From positions 1-61,140 of IMG/VR virus record IMGVR_UViG_3300011113_000522: a stretch of 61,140 nucleotides of DNA; one strand, written 5' to 3'. This DNA is from a virus. Its lineage: Duplodnaviria > Caudoviricetes. Position 1 is the first letter of the stretch; each line of letters starts with the position of its first letter. Below, one piece after another: positions 38,155 to 48,749 of this stretch. Below the pieces are notes generated by a model, which saw only the letters and a list, made by a program, of their open reading frames with translations, was not told where the DNA came from and ran no database searches. Position numbers and translations under genes: made by a program.

Positions 38155-40836
38155 ATGAAACGCAAAGAAGCTGTATATAAAGGTCTACAATTTGTTCCTG
38201 TTTATTTTGAAGATACATCACTTACATCTCCAGATTATTTTCAAATATCAGAATTTCCTACTCGCTTAACTGCAGGTAAAAATCTATTTAAACTTCGCGG
38301 TAATCCGTTTAATTTAAAGGTCGGCGGAGCATTGGGTATTGAAATTTTAGATTACAATGGCGATCCAATATATCATGAAGTTGTAGATTATATCGATGAA
38401 GACAAATCTCGCGTAATTGCAATTTACATATATGAAGAAACATCTCCAGGCGATTGTGTCGTAACACTTTTAGCAGAAGTAGCATCAATCAATCAACAGA
38501 CGGTACCAACAGAGTGGCAAGGAAAGCCAAACATACGATGGTCGAGAACTGTACCAGTTAATCCAAATGTATCAAATGTATCAGAAATAATTTTTGAAAC
38601 ACTGCCTGAGATAACAGTCGAAGAAATAGTAGGAGTACAACTAAATAGAATATATTCGGGTAGTACGCAATTTCCCGTATTCACAACTGGTCAAGTACGA
38701 TATTATTCATATAATAACCAACCTGCAATTGAAATCACCGGAGGACAATTTACTGCGGATATGCAAACAGGAACTATAACCGTAGCAACGCCTACTTCAC
38801 CTAGTCCCACTCCTACATATGCAGTATCTACAACGCCATATGTATCAACAATTAAAAAAATATTGTCTCCTACAACGGCATTACTTGATACAGAATATAC
38901 AGTTTATAGTAGTCAAAGCATATCTGCACATACCTATACTGAATTTGCAAACTCTGCATTTTCATTAGCATATGAAGCTACTCCTACATATGTTGCAACT
39001 GAAAATTCACAGTCATTTGCTTACATACAAATTAAAGGCTTAGATCCAGCAACCGGCGATGTTTCTAGAATCAAAGTGTTTACTAATAACAACGGTACCG
39101 TTGGAACATGGGACTTAATTAACGATGTAGAACTTGAAGAAACAGAAATTTTTGTTGCAAATACCGCATCACTGTTTCCTGATTTAGCAGTTGGAGCATT
39201 TACATCACAAAGCATAATTGATACATATTGGTCAGCTTCAGCATTTCTGCAAGGAGTTCAAACCACAGCACCAACGTTAATATATACAACGGCTTCATTG
39301 AACAATGCAATGCAAATTTCTAGTTCAATTGATTTAACTGCAAAAAATTCCGTACTTGTTGCAAAAACAAACACAATGGGTGTTTTTATTAAAAACTCTG
39401 CTTACAAGGTTACGGTTGATGCATTAGCAACGCGAATTGCAACAGACCCAGTATTGTCAGTATATTTATCAGGTAGTTCATTTTATGCAGATCCAACAGA
39501 TTATTTCAATCAAGATTTTTCGTTTGGTAAACGCATCGGAGAACTACGTGCTACGGGTGATAATCAGCGTTTTGATGATGTTGTTTTAAACTTTGAATCA
39601 GATTATACCGGGACTGGTACGCTGATCTTAGTAGCAGAGTCAGGGGCATGGCAAGTTGCTGACATTCGAGTAACTACAGACAACGATGCAGGATATACTC
39701 CTAATTATACTCGCATAAAAACGCCTATACAAACTACACATAAAATTGGTAATCAAATTTCATTTAAAGCAGAATTTTACAATGTAGCAGGTGAGCGTAG
39801 CAAGCAAATTTCGTATGTATACAATAAAGATTGGGAAGGTGGAAATCGTTATATAGATGGCAATTATTCGATGCTAACTGGTTCTTTGTATGTAGCAGAT
39901 TCATTAAATAGTGGTGTAGCAATTAGCGGATATCCAAATTCAGGATTTGTTAGATCGTTGGGATATGAAGGATTTGCTGCAGGATTTCCTGGATTCTTGC
40001 TTTGGTCGGGTTCGGCATTGCCTGGTAGTGCTGGAACAAAAGGAGGAGTTCCATATAGTGGCGTTGGATTAGAACTTTATGCAAATACTGCAAGTTATTT
40101 TAGATACTCAACTTCGCCGTCTGAAATTGATGTTCGAACGGATAAATTCTTTTTTGGAAACCCTGCAACAACATTTATTAGTGGAGCTAATGGTAACGTT
40201 GAAATATCTTCAAGTGGATTTCATTTAACTGCACAAGGCAATGTAACGGCATCATCATTTATTGCAGTGCAAGGCGGCGATGTACTATTTGATTCGAATT
40301 CAGAATTTGTTGATGGATTAAACGTAGGTCGCGTTGTATATTTCGATCGATCGGAATTTATATATACTGGAAGTTTATCTACTACAGGTGCACAAACTTC
40401 TTCAATATTTGAAACGTTCGTATTACCGGGTGAAACTAGAATGCAAGTTTCGTTGATGTATAATTTTAATGCTGCAACTAGTACTACTGGCGATTTGCGA
40501 GGTCAGTGGTATATTCAATCTGCTAGTATATCAGGCAGTACAGGTACTAGTACTGGTTACGATTCCTGGAGCGCGCCAGCAAATTTATTTGGATCAGAAC
40601 AAATAATCACATCAATCAATGTTACTGCAGCATATCAAGGGGGTACTCGTACCTTTACTACAACATCAAATACATTTGCAAACTATCAAGGTCGATATGT
40701 TAGAATATACATGATTACAAGTAGAAATGCAACTGGAAATGTCAATGATATGTTAGCTATGAAAGGTTTTGTATATCGAACAAGTCGCGTAGTTGGAAGT
40801 TCTACATTACCGCCGCCGGGTGGTATTGTATCATAA
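38155..40836 (+). CDS. Large beta-rich virion structural protein
   Basis: 893 aa, S/T/G-rich, ATATTTAT upstream. Confidence 0.6.
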   Translation: MKRKEAVYKGLQFVPVYFEDTSLTSPDYFQISEFPTRLTAGKNLFKLRGNPFNLKVGGALGIEILDYNGDPIYHEVVDYIDEDKSRVIAIYIYEETSPGDCVVTLLAEVASINQQTVPTEWQGKPNIRWSRTVPVNPNVSNVSEIIFETLPEITVEEIVGVQLNRIYSGSTQFPVFTTGQVRYYSYNNQPAIEITGGQFTADMQTGTITVATPTSPSPTPTYAVSTTPYVSTIKKILSPTTALLDTEYTVYSSQSISAHTYTEFANSAFSLAYEATPTYVATENSQSFAYIQIKGLDPATGDVSRIKVFTNNNGTVGTWDLINDVELEETEIFVANTASLFPDLAVGAFTSQSIIDTYWSASAFLQGVQTTAPTLIYTTASLNNAMQISSSIDLTAKNSVLVAKTNTMGVFIKNSAYKVTVDALATRIATDPVLSVYLSGSSFYADPTDYFNQDFSFGKRIGELRATGDNQRFDDVVLNFESDYTGTGTLILVAESGAWQVADIRVTTDNDAGYTPNYTRIKTPIQTTHKIGNQISFKAEFYNVAGERSKQISYVYNKDWEGGNRYIDGNYSMLTGSLYVADSLNSGVAISGYPNSGFVRSLGYEGFAAGFPGFLLWSGSALPGSAGTKGGVPYSGVGLELYANTASYFRYSTSPSEIDVRTDKFFFGNPATTFISGANGNVEISSSGFHLTAQGNVTASSFIAVQGGDVLFDSNSEFVDGLNVGRVVYFDRSEFIYTGSLSTTGAQTSSIFETFVLPGETRMQVSLMYNFNAATSTTGDLRGQWYIQSASISGSTGTSTGYDSWSAPANLFGSEQIITSINVTAAYQGGTRTFTTTSNTFANYQGRYVRIYMITSRNATGNVNDMLAMKGFVYRTSRVVGSSTLPPPGGIVS

Positions 40837-40860
40837 CATATTTATATAAAACGGAACATA

Positions 40861-42864
40861 ATGGATAAAATAACAGTTTTATTTCCGGGTGGATTTAAAC
40901 CATTAACAGGAGCACATTTAGCATTAGCACAACGCTATGCCGAATCTCCACAAGTAGGTCAAGTAATTTTACTTATAGGACCTCAACCTAGAGAAGGAAT
41001 TACACGAGAACAAAGCATTGAAATGTTTAACTTGCTCAATGATAATCCAGATATACGAATTCAACCTACCGAATTTAATTCACCAATAATGGCAGCGTAC
41101 GAATATTTGTTTGCATTATCATCTGATGCAAAGGGTCGATATGCAATGGCTGCATCTACAAAAGGCGATGATTATGTCAGAGCAAAAGCATTTGTTCCTA
41201 ATGTAGACAAATATGCTACAATTGGCGATAAAAAAGGTAGAAAAATTCCTATGGGAATTGATGCAACGGAATTAAGTATCGATGTAGATCCAGAAACGTA
41301 TGCAGATGGAACTACAATATCAGCAACAATTGTTCGAAAAGCAATTGCAGATCGAGATTATGAAACATTTCGTGCATCATATCCGCAATTTAAAGATGCT
41401 CTAGTAAAAAATGCGTGGCAAGTTGTAACCGGTATGCAAGAGGCATTATTTACAAAAGATTGGTGGGTGAAACAATTGCAAGAAGATGTTAATGATGTAT
41501 TTGAAGCAATAATGAATACAACAGAACGAAATCGTCATTCTAAAAAAATAAACAAACTAAGATCATACTTAGACTCAAATCAAGAACGATCGTTCGTATA
41601 TGATTTTGATAAATTTCCTAAAACCGTATATGGTGCAGTTCTAACCGAAGGCGGTGCTGCAGGACACATGGCACATCCATGGGACGATCATGGTTTAACG
41701 TTTAGCGATGTCAAAGAAATTATATCTCGTGCTTTAGAAGGGCGATTAGATATCGAACAAGCAGTAACAGAAAAAACCGACGGTCAAAACATTCAAGTAA
41801 CGTGGAAAAATGGACAAATTGGATTTGCACGAAATAAAGGTACTGTTATTACGCCAATGTCCGTACAACAAATACAAGATAAGTTTGGAGGTAGAGGGCC
41901 AATATCAGATGCATTTGGAAATGCTGCAGAAGATTTAGCAGAAGCATTTAGTCGCGTACCGCAAGATAAACTCAATCAAATATTTAAAAATGGTCGAGTA
42001 TTTGCTAATATGGAAATTATTTATCCGGCTACAAAAAATGTTATTGCATATGAAGTTGCAGTATTACAATTTCACAACTTGATAGAATATGATGAACAAG
42101 GCAATCAAGTAGAAACGGATCTAACTGGCGGCAGTACTTTGCAAGGTATTATTCAAGATGCAAATGCTCACCTTCAAAAAACATTTTCATTTATTCCGCC
42201 GCAACGAATCAAAATTGGTAAAATTTCTGATTTCGAAGATCAACAAGCTGCATTCTTTAATGAAGTTGCACAATTACAAAATCGTTACGGCCTAAAAGAT
42301 ACAGATCGTTTAACTGAATATCATCGAGCATGGTGGTCGGATGTTATTAAAACGCAAGCCGATAAAATGGGATATGATATTCCAGAAAACATATTAAACA
42401 CATTGATTTATCGTTGGGCATTTTTTGATAAATCAGAAAGTATGACTACACTTAAAAAACAAATTGACAATGCAGAATTTTTAAATTGGGTTCAAGAGTT
42501 TGATAAAAATGAATTTAAACGTTATTACAAACAAAACATGGAACCGTTTGAAACATTGTTTTTGCGTCTAGGCGCAGTAGCATTAAAAAATGCAGAAAAT
42601 TTCTTAGCAGCAAATCCATCAAAAACGGTACAAGAAATTAAATCAGAATTAGCACAACTCATTCAAGAACTACAAAATAATCCTAATCAGCAGACAGTTG
42701 CAAAACTAGAATTAGAACTTAAACGAATTGAACGGTTAGGAGGTTTCGATGCAATTGTACCATCAGAAGGTGTAGTATTTACGTATCGAGGTAATACATA
42801 CAAATTAACAGGCGCATTTGCACCGGTCAATCAGATACTAGGCGTATTGAAATATGCACGTTGA
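40861..42864 (+). CDS. Fusion of HIGH-type nucleotidyltransferase and RNA-ligase-like domain
   Basis: N-terminal FPGGFKPLTGAH and ISATIVR; C-terminal EGGAAGHMAHP, TEKTDG, NMEII, EGVV, YKLTG. Confidence 0.7.
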   Translation: MDKITVLFPGGFKPLTGAHLALAQRYAESPQVGQVILLIGPQPREGITREQSIEMFNLLNDNPDIRIQPTEFNSPIMAAYEYLFALSSDAKGRYAMAASTKGDDYVRAKAFVPNVDKYATIGDKKGRKIPMGIDATELSIDVDPETYADGTTISATIVRKAIADRDYETFRASYPQFKDALVKNAWQVVTGMQEALFTKDWWVKQLQEDVNDVFEAIMNTTERNRHSKKINKLRSYLDSNQERSFVYDFDKFPKTVYGAVLTEGGAAGHMAHPWDDHGLTFSDVKEIISRALEGRLDIEQAVTEKTDGQNIQVTWKNGQIGFARNKGTVITPMSVQQIQDKFGGRGPISDAFGNAAEDLAEAFSRVPQDKLNQIFKNGRVFANMEIIYPATKNVIAYEVAVLQFHNLIEYDEQGNQVETDLTGGSTLQGIIQDANAHLQKTFSFIPPQRIKIGKISDFEDQQAAFFNEVAQLQNRYGLKDTDRLTEYHRAWWSDVIKTQADKMGYDIPENILNTLIYRWAFFDKSESMTTLKKQIDNAEFLNWVQEFDKNEFKRYYKQNMEPFETLFLRLGAVALKNAENFLAANPSKTVQEIKSELAQLIQELQNNPNQQTVAKLELELKRIERLGGFDAIVPSEGVVFTYRGNTYKLTGAFAPVNQILGVLKYAR

Positions 42865-42893
42865 TATATTTATATTAAAATTGGAATTTAATC

Positions 42894-43874
42894 ATGGCTG
42901 AACGACACAAAAGCAAGTATAAAAAACCAGAAAATTCAAAACCTACTCGTCGAAAAGATATTACAGATTATACGCACGATGATAAAGCAGGAGCACTGAA
43001 TCCATATTCTACAGGAAAACGTCAAGAAAAAGTTGCTAGAAAAACAGATAAACCAATTCAAGATGATGGAAAAATGTTTCCTAAATATACTGAAAAAGAT
43101 CGTTTATATAAAAAAATTGAAGATGGCGATTATGATCCAAAACATGCAATGAATGTTTTACGTAAACGTCAAGAAACAGATACTGATGAATATTTTGATA
43201 CACGCGAAAAAATTGATCATGGCGTAACAACATCAGAATTGAAAGAACGAATTAATCAATTATCTCCAAAACAACGAGAACAATTGATTAGAGAATACTT
43301 ACGTAGAAAAATAGCTAAAGTATTGCGCGAACAACCCGAACAACCAACCGATCCAGAACAAGAGACAACAGAACAACCCGGTGGCGCTACACCTGGAGGA
43401 GATGCAGCCGGCGGCGCTACACCCGGAGGTGCTACACCTGCAGGAGCTGGAGGAGCTGCACCTGGAGGAGCTGGAGGTGCTACACCCGCACCCGGAGGTG
43501 CTGCCGCACCCGGAGGTGCTGGAGGTGCTACACCTGGAGGTACTACACCCACACCTGGAGGTGCCGGAGGAGCTGCACCTGGAGGTGCTACACCCGCACC
43601 CGGAGGTGCTGGAGGAGCTGCACCCGATGATCAAAATAAAGAAGAACAACAATCAAAAGCGTTAACACAAGTTGTGCAAACATTAACTAAAGAACCAGGT
43701 TCTCAAGGCAAAATTGATTTCATAATGAAATCTTTTGATGCCGTATATAAAGATGCGGATGTTAGAGATACTAGAAATTTCTTAAAATTATTAAGACGTA
43801 CGATTAACAAAAAATTAATAAAGTTAGGCTCGCAATCAATCAACCGAGCGCAAAATTTGCTTAACAACCGTTAA
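42894..43874 (+). CDS. Hypothetical protein with Gly/Ala/Pro low-complexity repeat
   Basis: 326 aa; LIREY and VLREQ motifs precede the repeat. Confidence 0.7.
   Translation: MAERHKSKYKKPENSKPTRRKDITDYTHDDKAGALNPYSTGKRQEKVARKTDKPIQDDGKMFPKYTEKDRLYKKIEDGDYDPKHAMNVLRKRQETDTDEYFDTREKIDHGVTTSELKERINQLSPKQREQLIREYLRRKIAKVLREQPEQPTDPEQETTEQPGGATPGGDAAGGATPGGATPAGAGGAAPGGAGGATPAPGGAAAPGGAGGATPGGTTPTPGGAGGAAPGGATPAPGGAGGAAPDDQNKEEQQSKALTQVVQTLTKEPGSQGKIDFIMKSFDAVYKDADVRDTRNFLKLLRRTINKKLIKLGSQSINRAQNLLNNR
43378..43626 (+). repeat. GC-rich coding tandem repeat (PGGAxxGGAT)n
   Basis: Recurrent cacctggagg, cccggaggtgct and gctacaccc units. Confidence 0.85.
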
Positions 43875-43890
43875 ATATAGAAAATAAGTT

Positions 43891-44535
43891 ATGTCAAAAA
43901 AGTTACAAAATGTTAAAGCTATTCAACAAATGTTAGATGGAACACATAAGTTCCAAACTAAAAAAACAGTTGGATTTTCTGATGCAAAGTCTAAACAGTA
44001 CGAACATCGAGAAATAGGCGATACATGGGAAGAAACAGATGTTCATGGAAATACATACATCGTAGAACAACGTGATGGTTTTCGAATTAGAAAAACAAAA
44101 AATTCCGATTTATTTCAGTCCGTACGAGATGAATTACAATCATTTCCAAATTGTAGAAAAGAAACGTGCACGTGCATTGGTACTCATCATTTAGATCAAA
44201 AAATGAGAAAAATTCATGGAATGTGTTTTGATTGTGTGATTGAAATGGAGCATGAATTAAAAAAAGCTGGCAAGTATGAAGAATATGAACAAAATAAAAT
44301 TCGAGAAAATGCATTAGCATGGTTGCGAGATGCTGAACGAGATGTTGAATTACTAAAACAAGCATATACACAGACGCAACAATTTGTATCAAATTCAGAT
44401 GGACATGTAGAACATTGGTCAGCAAAAATGACTCCAGAAGAATTTGAAAACACTATACAACGGCAATTTGATCAATTCAAAGAAAAATTTTTAGCTAATC
44501 TAAATGGAGAAATACAAAACAATGAAAATAATTAA
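43891..44535 (+). CDS. Hypothetical protein with Cys/His cluster
   Basis: CRKETCTC...HGMCFDC; REIGDTWEE. Confidence 0.7.
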   Translation: MSKKLQNVKAIQQMLDGTHKFQTKKTVGFSDAKSKQYEHREIGDTWEETDVHGNTYIVEQRDGFRIRKTKNSDLFQSVRDELQSFPNCRKETCTCIGTHHLDQKMRKIHGMCFDCVIEMEHELKKAGKYEEYEQNKIRENALAWLRDAERDVELLKQAYTQTQQFVSNSDGHVEHWSAKMTPEEFENTIQRQFDQFKEKFLANLNGEIQNNENN

Positions 44536-44857
44536 AAAATATTGGGCTATTATTGCAGGAGCAATTTTAGCAATTATTGCAATTATATTTGCAAAAGATA
44601 AACATGACAAAAAGAAAATTTCAAAAATTGATAAAAAAATTGATGATAACAATCAGCAAATTGATGTAATTCAAGGTAAAACTGAAATAATCGATGATCA
44701 ACGTAATGCAGTTAAACAAGACATTGAAGAAATAAAACAAGATATAGCAACATTACAAGATGCAAAAGAAACAATTAAACCTGTAGAATTACCAGTAGAT
44801 GCAGCTAAGCAAAATATTTTAAATAAAACGCGTCGTGGACGAAAACCAAAGAAATAA
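44522..44857 (+). CDS. Membrane-anchored coiled-coil protein (i-spanin-like)
   Basis: N-terminal TM segment followed by a coiled coil. Confidence 0.5.
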   Translation: MKIIKKYWAIIAGAILAIIAIIFAKDKHDKKKISKIDKKIDDNNQQIDVIQGKTEIIDDQRNAVKQDIEEIKQDIATLQDAKETIKPVELPVDAAKQNILNKTRRGRKPKK

Positions 44858-44858
44858 C

Positions 44859-45239
44859 ATGAAACGAATATTAGTAATATTATTATTTCCAATATTTGCA
44901 TTTACGCAAACAACGCCTGACACATGTTTTACACAGCAAGAGATTATTGATATTTCATATACATTAGATTCATTGTATGCAGCAGATTCGATTAATAACG
45001 CATTGATTGAAACGTTTGAATCACTAACGATGAAACAAAATACATTGATTAAATTGGATTCTATACAACTTGTATATAAAAATCAACAAATCAAATTGCT
45101 TCAAGAAAATGTAAATTTATATATACGTAGAGAACAATACCTTAAACCAAAGTGGTATGATTCAAAAGGATTATGGTTTGCTGCAGGTATATTTACAACG
45201 TTGGGCTCCGGAATATTGATTAACGAAATATTGAAATAA
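44859..45239 (+). CDS. Signal-peptide protein with C-terminal TM (spanin-like partner)
   Basis: MKRILVILLFPIFAFTQ signal; PKWYD..LWFAAGIFTTLG. Confidence 0.5.
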   Translation: MKRILVILLFPIFAFTQTTPDTCFTQQEIIDISYTLDSLYAADSINNALIETFESLTMKQNTLIKLDSIQLVYKNQQIKLLQENVNLYIRREQYLKPKWYDSKGLWFAAGIFTTLGSGILINEILK

Positions 45240-45240
45240 T

Positions 45241-46818
45241 ATGTCACAAAACATAAAACAGATTATTCAACAACAGTACACAATGTGTGCTAAAGATCCT
45301 GTTTTCTTTATGCGGCAATATTGTTATATTCAACATCCAAAACGCGGCAAGATCAAATTTAATCTTTATAATTTTCAGGAAGATACATTAACTGAATTGC
45401 GTGATAATCGTTACAATGTAATATTAAAATCACGTCAGTTGGGCATATCAACGTTGGCTGCTGGCTTTGCATTATGGAGCATGTTGTTCAAAGAAGATTT
45501 CAATGTTCTTGTAATTGCAACAACACAAGAAGTAGCAAAAAACTTGGTAACTAAAGTGCGCGTGATGCATGATAATTTACCTAGTTGGCTGAAAGGAACA
45601 ATTGAAGCAGACAACAAACTTTCATTGAAGTTTAAAAATGGTTCGCAAATTAAAGCAGTTTCATCTGCAACCACCGGTGCACGTTCAGAAGCATTATCAT
45701 TGCTTATTATTGATGAGGCAGCATTTATTCGAAACATTGAAGAAATATGGGTAGCATCGCAAGCAACATTATCAACAGGTGGAGGAGCAGTTGTATTATC
45801 TACACCTAATGGAGTAGGTAATTGGTTTCATCAAACTTGGGCAGATGCTGAATCAAATATTAATGGATTTCATACAATCAAATTGCATTGGACCGTACAT
45901 CCAGATCGAGATCAGCAATGGCGCGATGAACAAACGCAACTATTAGGAGAACGAGGTGCAGCACAAGAATGTGATTGTGACTTTATTTCATCTGGACATA
46001 CTGTAATAGATGGGGCTATATTGCTAGATTACGAAAATAAATGTAGCGAACCAATTGAACGACGCGGATTTGATAATGCATATTGGATTTGGGAGTATCC
46101 TAATTACGAAAAAAATTACATAGTAGTAGCAGACGTTGCACGAGGCGATGGCGCTGACTGGTCTACATTTCATGTTATCGATGTTGAATCTATTGCACAA
46201 GTTGCAGAATATAAAGGTAAACTACCACCAAAAGATTTTGGCAATATGCTCGTATCAGTTGCAACGGAATGGAATAACGCATTGCTAGCAATCGAAAATG
46301 CCAATATTGGTTGGGCTGCAATTCAACCAGCATTAGACAGAAGCTATGAAAATTTATTTTATACATACAAAGATGATGGTTATGTTGATGTAGACGTACA
46401 ACTTAAAAAAGGTTATGATATGAAGGATAAGTCGCAGATGGTTCCGGGAGTATCAACAACCTCGCGTACGCGTCCATTAATGATATCGGCTTTGGAAATG
46501 TATATGCGAGAACGAACTCCAGTAATTCGTTCGAAACGATTAATACAAGAATTATTTGTTTTTATTTGGTTGAATGGAAAAGCACAATCACAAAATGGAT
46601 ATAATGATGACCTCGTTATGTCATTTTGTATTGGATTATGGTTACGAGATACATCGCTCAAATTGCGACAACAAGGAATTGATCTTCATAAACGTGCACT
46701 TTCGCAATTTCAAAAATCTGAAACGAAAATATATACGGGTCGACCATCTAATGATTCAGATGGTTGGACGTGGAACAATGGACGAAACGATGAAGATTTA
46801 ACGTGGTTGATACGTTAA
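45241..46818 (+). CDS. terL: Terminase large subunit (gp17-like)
   Basis: LKSRQLGIST Walker A, IIDEAAF Walker B, STPNG, ADVARG.G.D, NDDLVMS. Confidence 0.95.
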   Translation: MSQNIKQIIQQQYTMCAKDPVFFMRQYCYIQHPKRGKIKFNLYNFQEDTLTELRDNRYNVILKSRQLGISTLAAGFALWSMLFKEDFNVLVIATTQEVAKNLVTKVRVMHDNLPSWLKGTIEADNKLSLKFKNGSQIKAVSSATTGARSEALSLLIIDEAAFIRNIEEIWVASQATLSTGGGAVVLSTPNGVGNWFHQTWADAESNINGFHTIKLHWTVHPDRDQQWRDEQTQLLGERGAAQECDCDFISSGHTVIDGAILLDYENKCSEPIERRGFDNAYWIWEYPNYEKNYIVVADVARGDGADWSTFHVIDVESIAQVAEYKGKLPPKDFGNMLVSVATEWNNALLAIENANIGWAAIQPALDRSYENLFYTYKDDGYVDVDVQLKKGYDMKDKSQMVPGVSTTSRTRPLMISALEMYMRERTPVIRSKRLIQELFVFIWLNGKAQSQNGYNDDLVMSFCIGLWLRDTSLKLRQQGIDLHKRALSQFQKSETKIYTGRPSNDSDGWTWNNGRNDEDLTWLIR

Positions 46819-46867
46819 CAGCCATGGTTCTTTAAATCGTTATATTTATATTAAAATAGATATTATC

Positions 46868-48709
46868 ATGCCTACATTAAGAAATCGTTTAAGAAATTTA
46901 TTTGCAACGAATGTTATAGTTCGTGCATATGGTAAAGACAAACTTCGAGTTGTCGACACAAATAGATTGCAAAGTGTTGGTAATTTGAATCAATCAAAAA
47001 TTGCTGACCGATATACTAGATTACATGGTGCTAATAAACACCGAGTTGGTGGAATGGGCGGCTATGATTCAAACTACTATATGCATCAAAATCGTATGCA
47101 GCTATATGCTGATTATGAAATGATGGATAGAGACCCTATTATTAGTTCTGCTTTAGATATTTATTCAGATGAATCTACATTAACCAATCAATTTGGAGAA
47201 ATTTTATCTATCAAATGTAATGATTCTAAAATTCAAAAAATTCTATATAATTTATTTTATGATATTTTAAACATCGAATTCAATTTATGGACTTGGATTC
47301 GTAACATGACAAAATATGGAGATTTCTTTTTAAAATTGGATATTGCAGATGGATATGGAATTGTTAATGCACGGCCATTTTCTAGTTACGAAATCGAACG
47401 ATGGGAAGAATTCAATGAAGCTACGGGCGAATATGATATCAAGTTTAAACATGTAGCTGAACAACAACGAGGTTATGATGTTTTCGAAATTGCACATTTC
47501 CGTATGCTATCAGATTCTAATTTTTTACCATATGGTAGATCCATGTTAGAAGGTGCACGAAAAGAATTTCAAAAGCTCATGATGTTAGAAGATGCAATGT
47601 TAATACATCGTATCATGAGAGCTCCAGAAAAACGTATTTTTAAAATTGATATTGGTAATATTCCGCCAAATGAAGTTGATAGTTTCATGGAACAAATTAT
47701 CACTAAAATGAAAAAAATACCACACATTGATCCACAAACTGGTAATTACAATTTAAAATTTAATCTTAACAACATGCTAGAAGATTATTATTTACCCGTT
47801 CGTGGGGGAAATTCAACTACTACGATTGATACGTTGCCAGGTATGACATTTACAGGAATTGATGATATCAATTATATCAAACATAAAATGATGGCAGCTT
47901 TAAAGATACCTAAACCATTTTTAGGTTATGATGAAGGAGTTGAAGGTAAAACAACTTTAGCATCCATGGATATTCGTTTTGCTAGAACAATTGAACGTGT
48001 ACAACGTATTGCATTATCTGAATTAACTAAAATTGCAATTGTACATTTATATTCTCAAGGTTATGAAGGTGAAGAATTAATTAGTTTTGAATTAGATTTA
48101 ACCGCGCCATCAATTATATACGATCAACAAAAAGTTGCACTAATGACTGAAAAAATGACATTAGCAACTGCAATGAAAGATTCAAAATTAGTTTCAGACA
48201 AATATATCTATGAATTCATATTTAACATGTCCGAAGATGAATGGTTACAGCAACGTACAGATGTTGTAGAAGATCTTAAACTTCGATTCCGACAAAATCA
48301 AATCGAACAAGAAGGAAATGACCCAGTAGTAACAGGAGCATCATATGGTACACCGCATGATTTAGCATCAATGCATATGTCATCAGATGATGTCGAAACT
48401 AAAAATAAAGGTGGACGTCCCAAAGAAGGAATTAAATTTGGACAGCATAAAAATGAATTTGGTTGGGACCCGACAGGCGGAAAAACAATTCAGCAAACAT
48501 ATGATCCGGGTAATGAACGCACGGCGTTTTTTCCAGATCTTCGGGCAAGTAAAACAGTAAATAAGCCATCGGTTGCTACAGAAAGTTTCATTAAAAAAAT
48601 TAAAACAAAAAAAGGTCCTAATATTATTTCGGAATCTTTAAAAGATAATAATTTAAACAACGCGGATAATGATTCTGGCACAATGTTAGATGAAAATAAC
48701 ATTTTATAA
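46868..48709 (+). CDS. gp20: Portal protein (gp20-like)
   Basis: LMMLEDAMLIHRIMRAPEKRIFKIDIGN.P; EDYYLPVRG; TTIDTLPG; ALKIPK. Confidence 0.93.
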   Translation: MPTLRNRLRNLFATNVIVRAYGKDKLRVVDTNRLQSVGNLNQSKIADRYTRLHGANKHRVGGMGGYDSNYYMHQNRMQLYADYEMMDRDPIISSALDIYSDESTLTNQFGEILSIKCNDSKIQKILYNLFYDILNIEFNLWTWIRNMTKYGDFFLKLDIADGYGIVNARPFSSYEIERWEEFNEATGEYDIKFKHVAEQQRGYDVFEIAHFRMLSDSNFLPYGRSMLEGARKEFQKLMMLEDAMLIHRIMRAPEKRIFKIDIGNIPPNEVDSFMEQIITKMKKIPHIDPQTGNYNLKFNLNNMLEDYYLPVRGGNSTTTIDTLPGMTFTGIDDINYIKHKMMAALKIPKPFLGYDEGVEGKTTLASMDIRFARTIERVQRIALSELTKIAIVHLYSQGYEGEELISFELDLTAPSIIYDQQKVALMTEKMTLATAMKDSKLVSDKYIYEFIFNMSEDEWLQQRTDVVEDLKLRFRQNQIEQEGNDPVVTGASYGTPHDLASMHMSSDDVETKNKGGRPKEGIKFGQHKNEFGWDPTGGKTIQQTYDPGNERTAFFPDLRASKTVNKPSVATESFIKKIKTKKGPNIISESLKDNNLNNADNDSGTMLDENNIL

Positions 48710-48749
48710 AAATAAACATATTTATTATTAAAATAAAGATACTGAACGC

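Noticed and set aside
43256-43665. Cys/Ser-rich, LHLEV-repeat and Pro-rich ORFs in other frames
   Set aside because: Shadows of the stop-free GC-rich coding repeat
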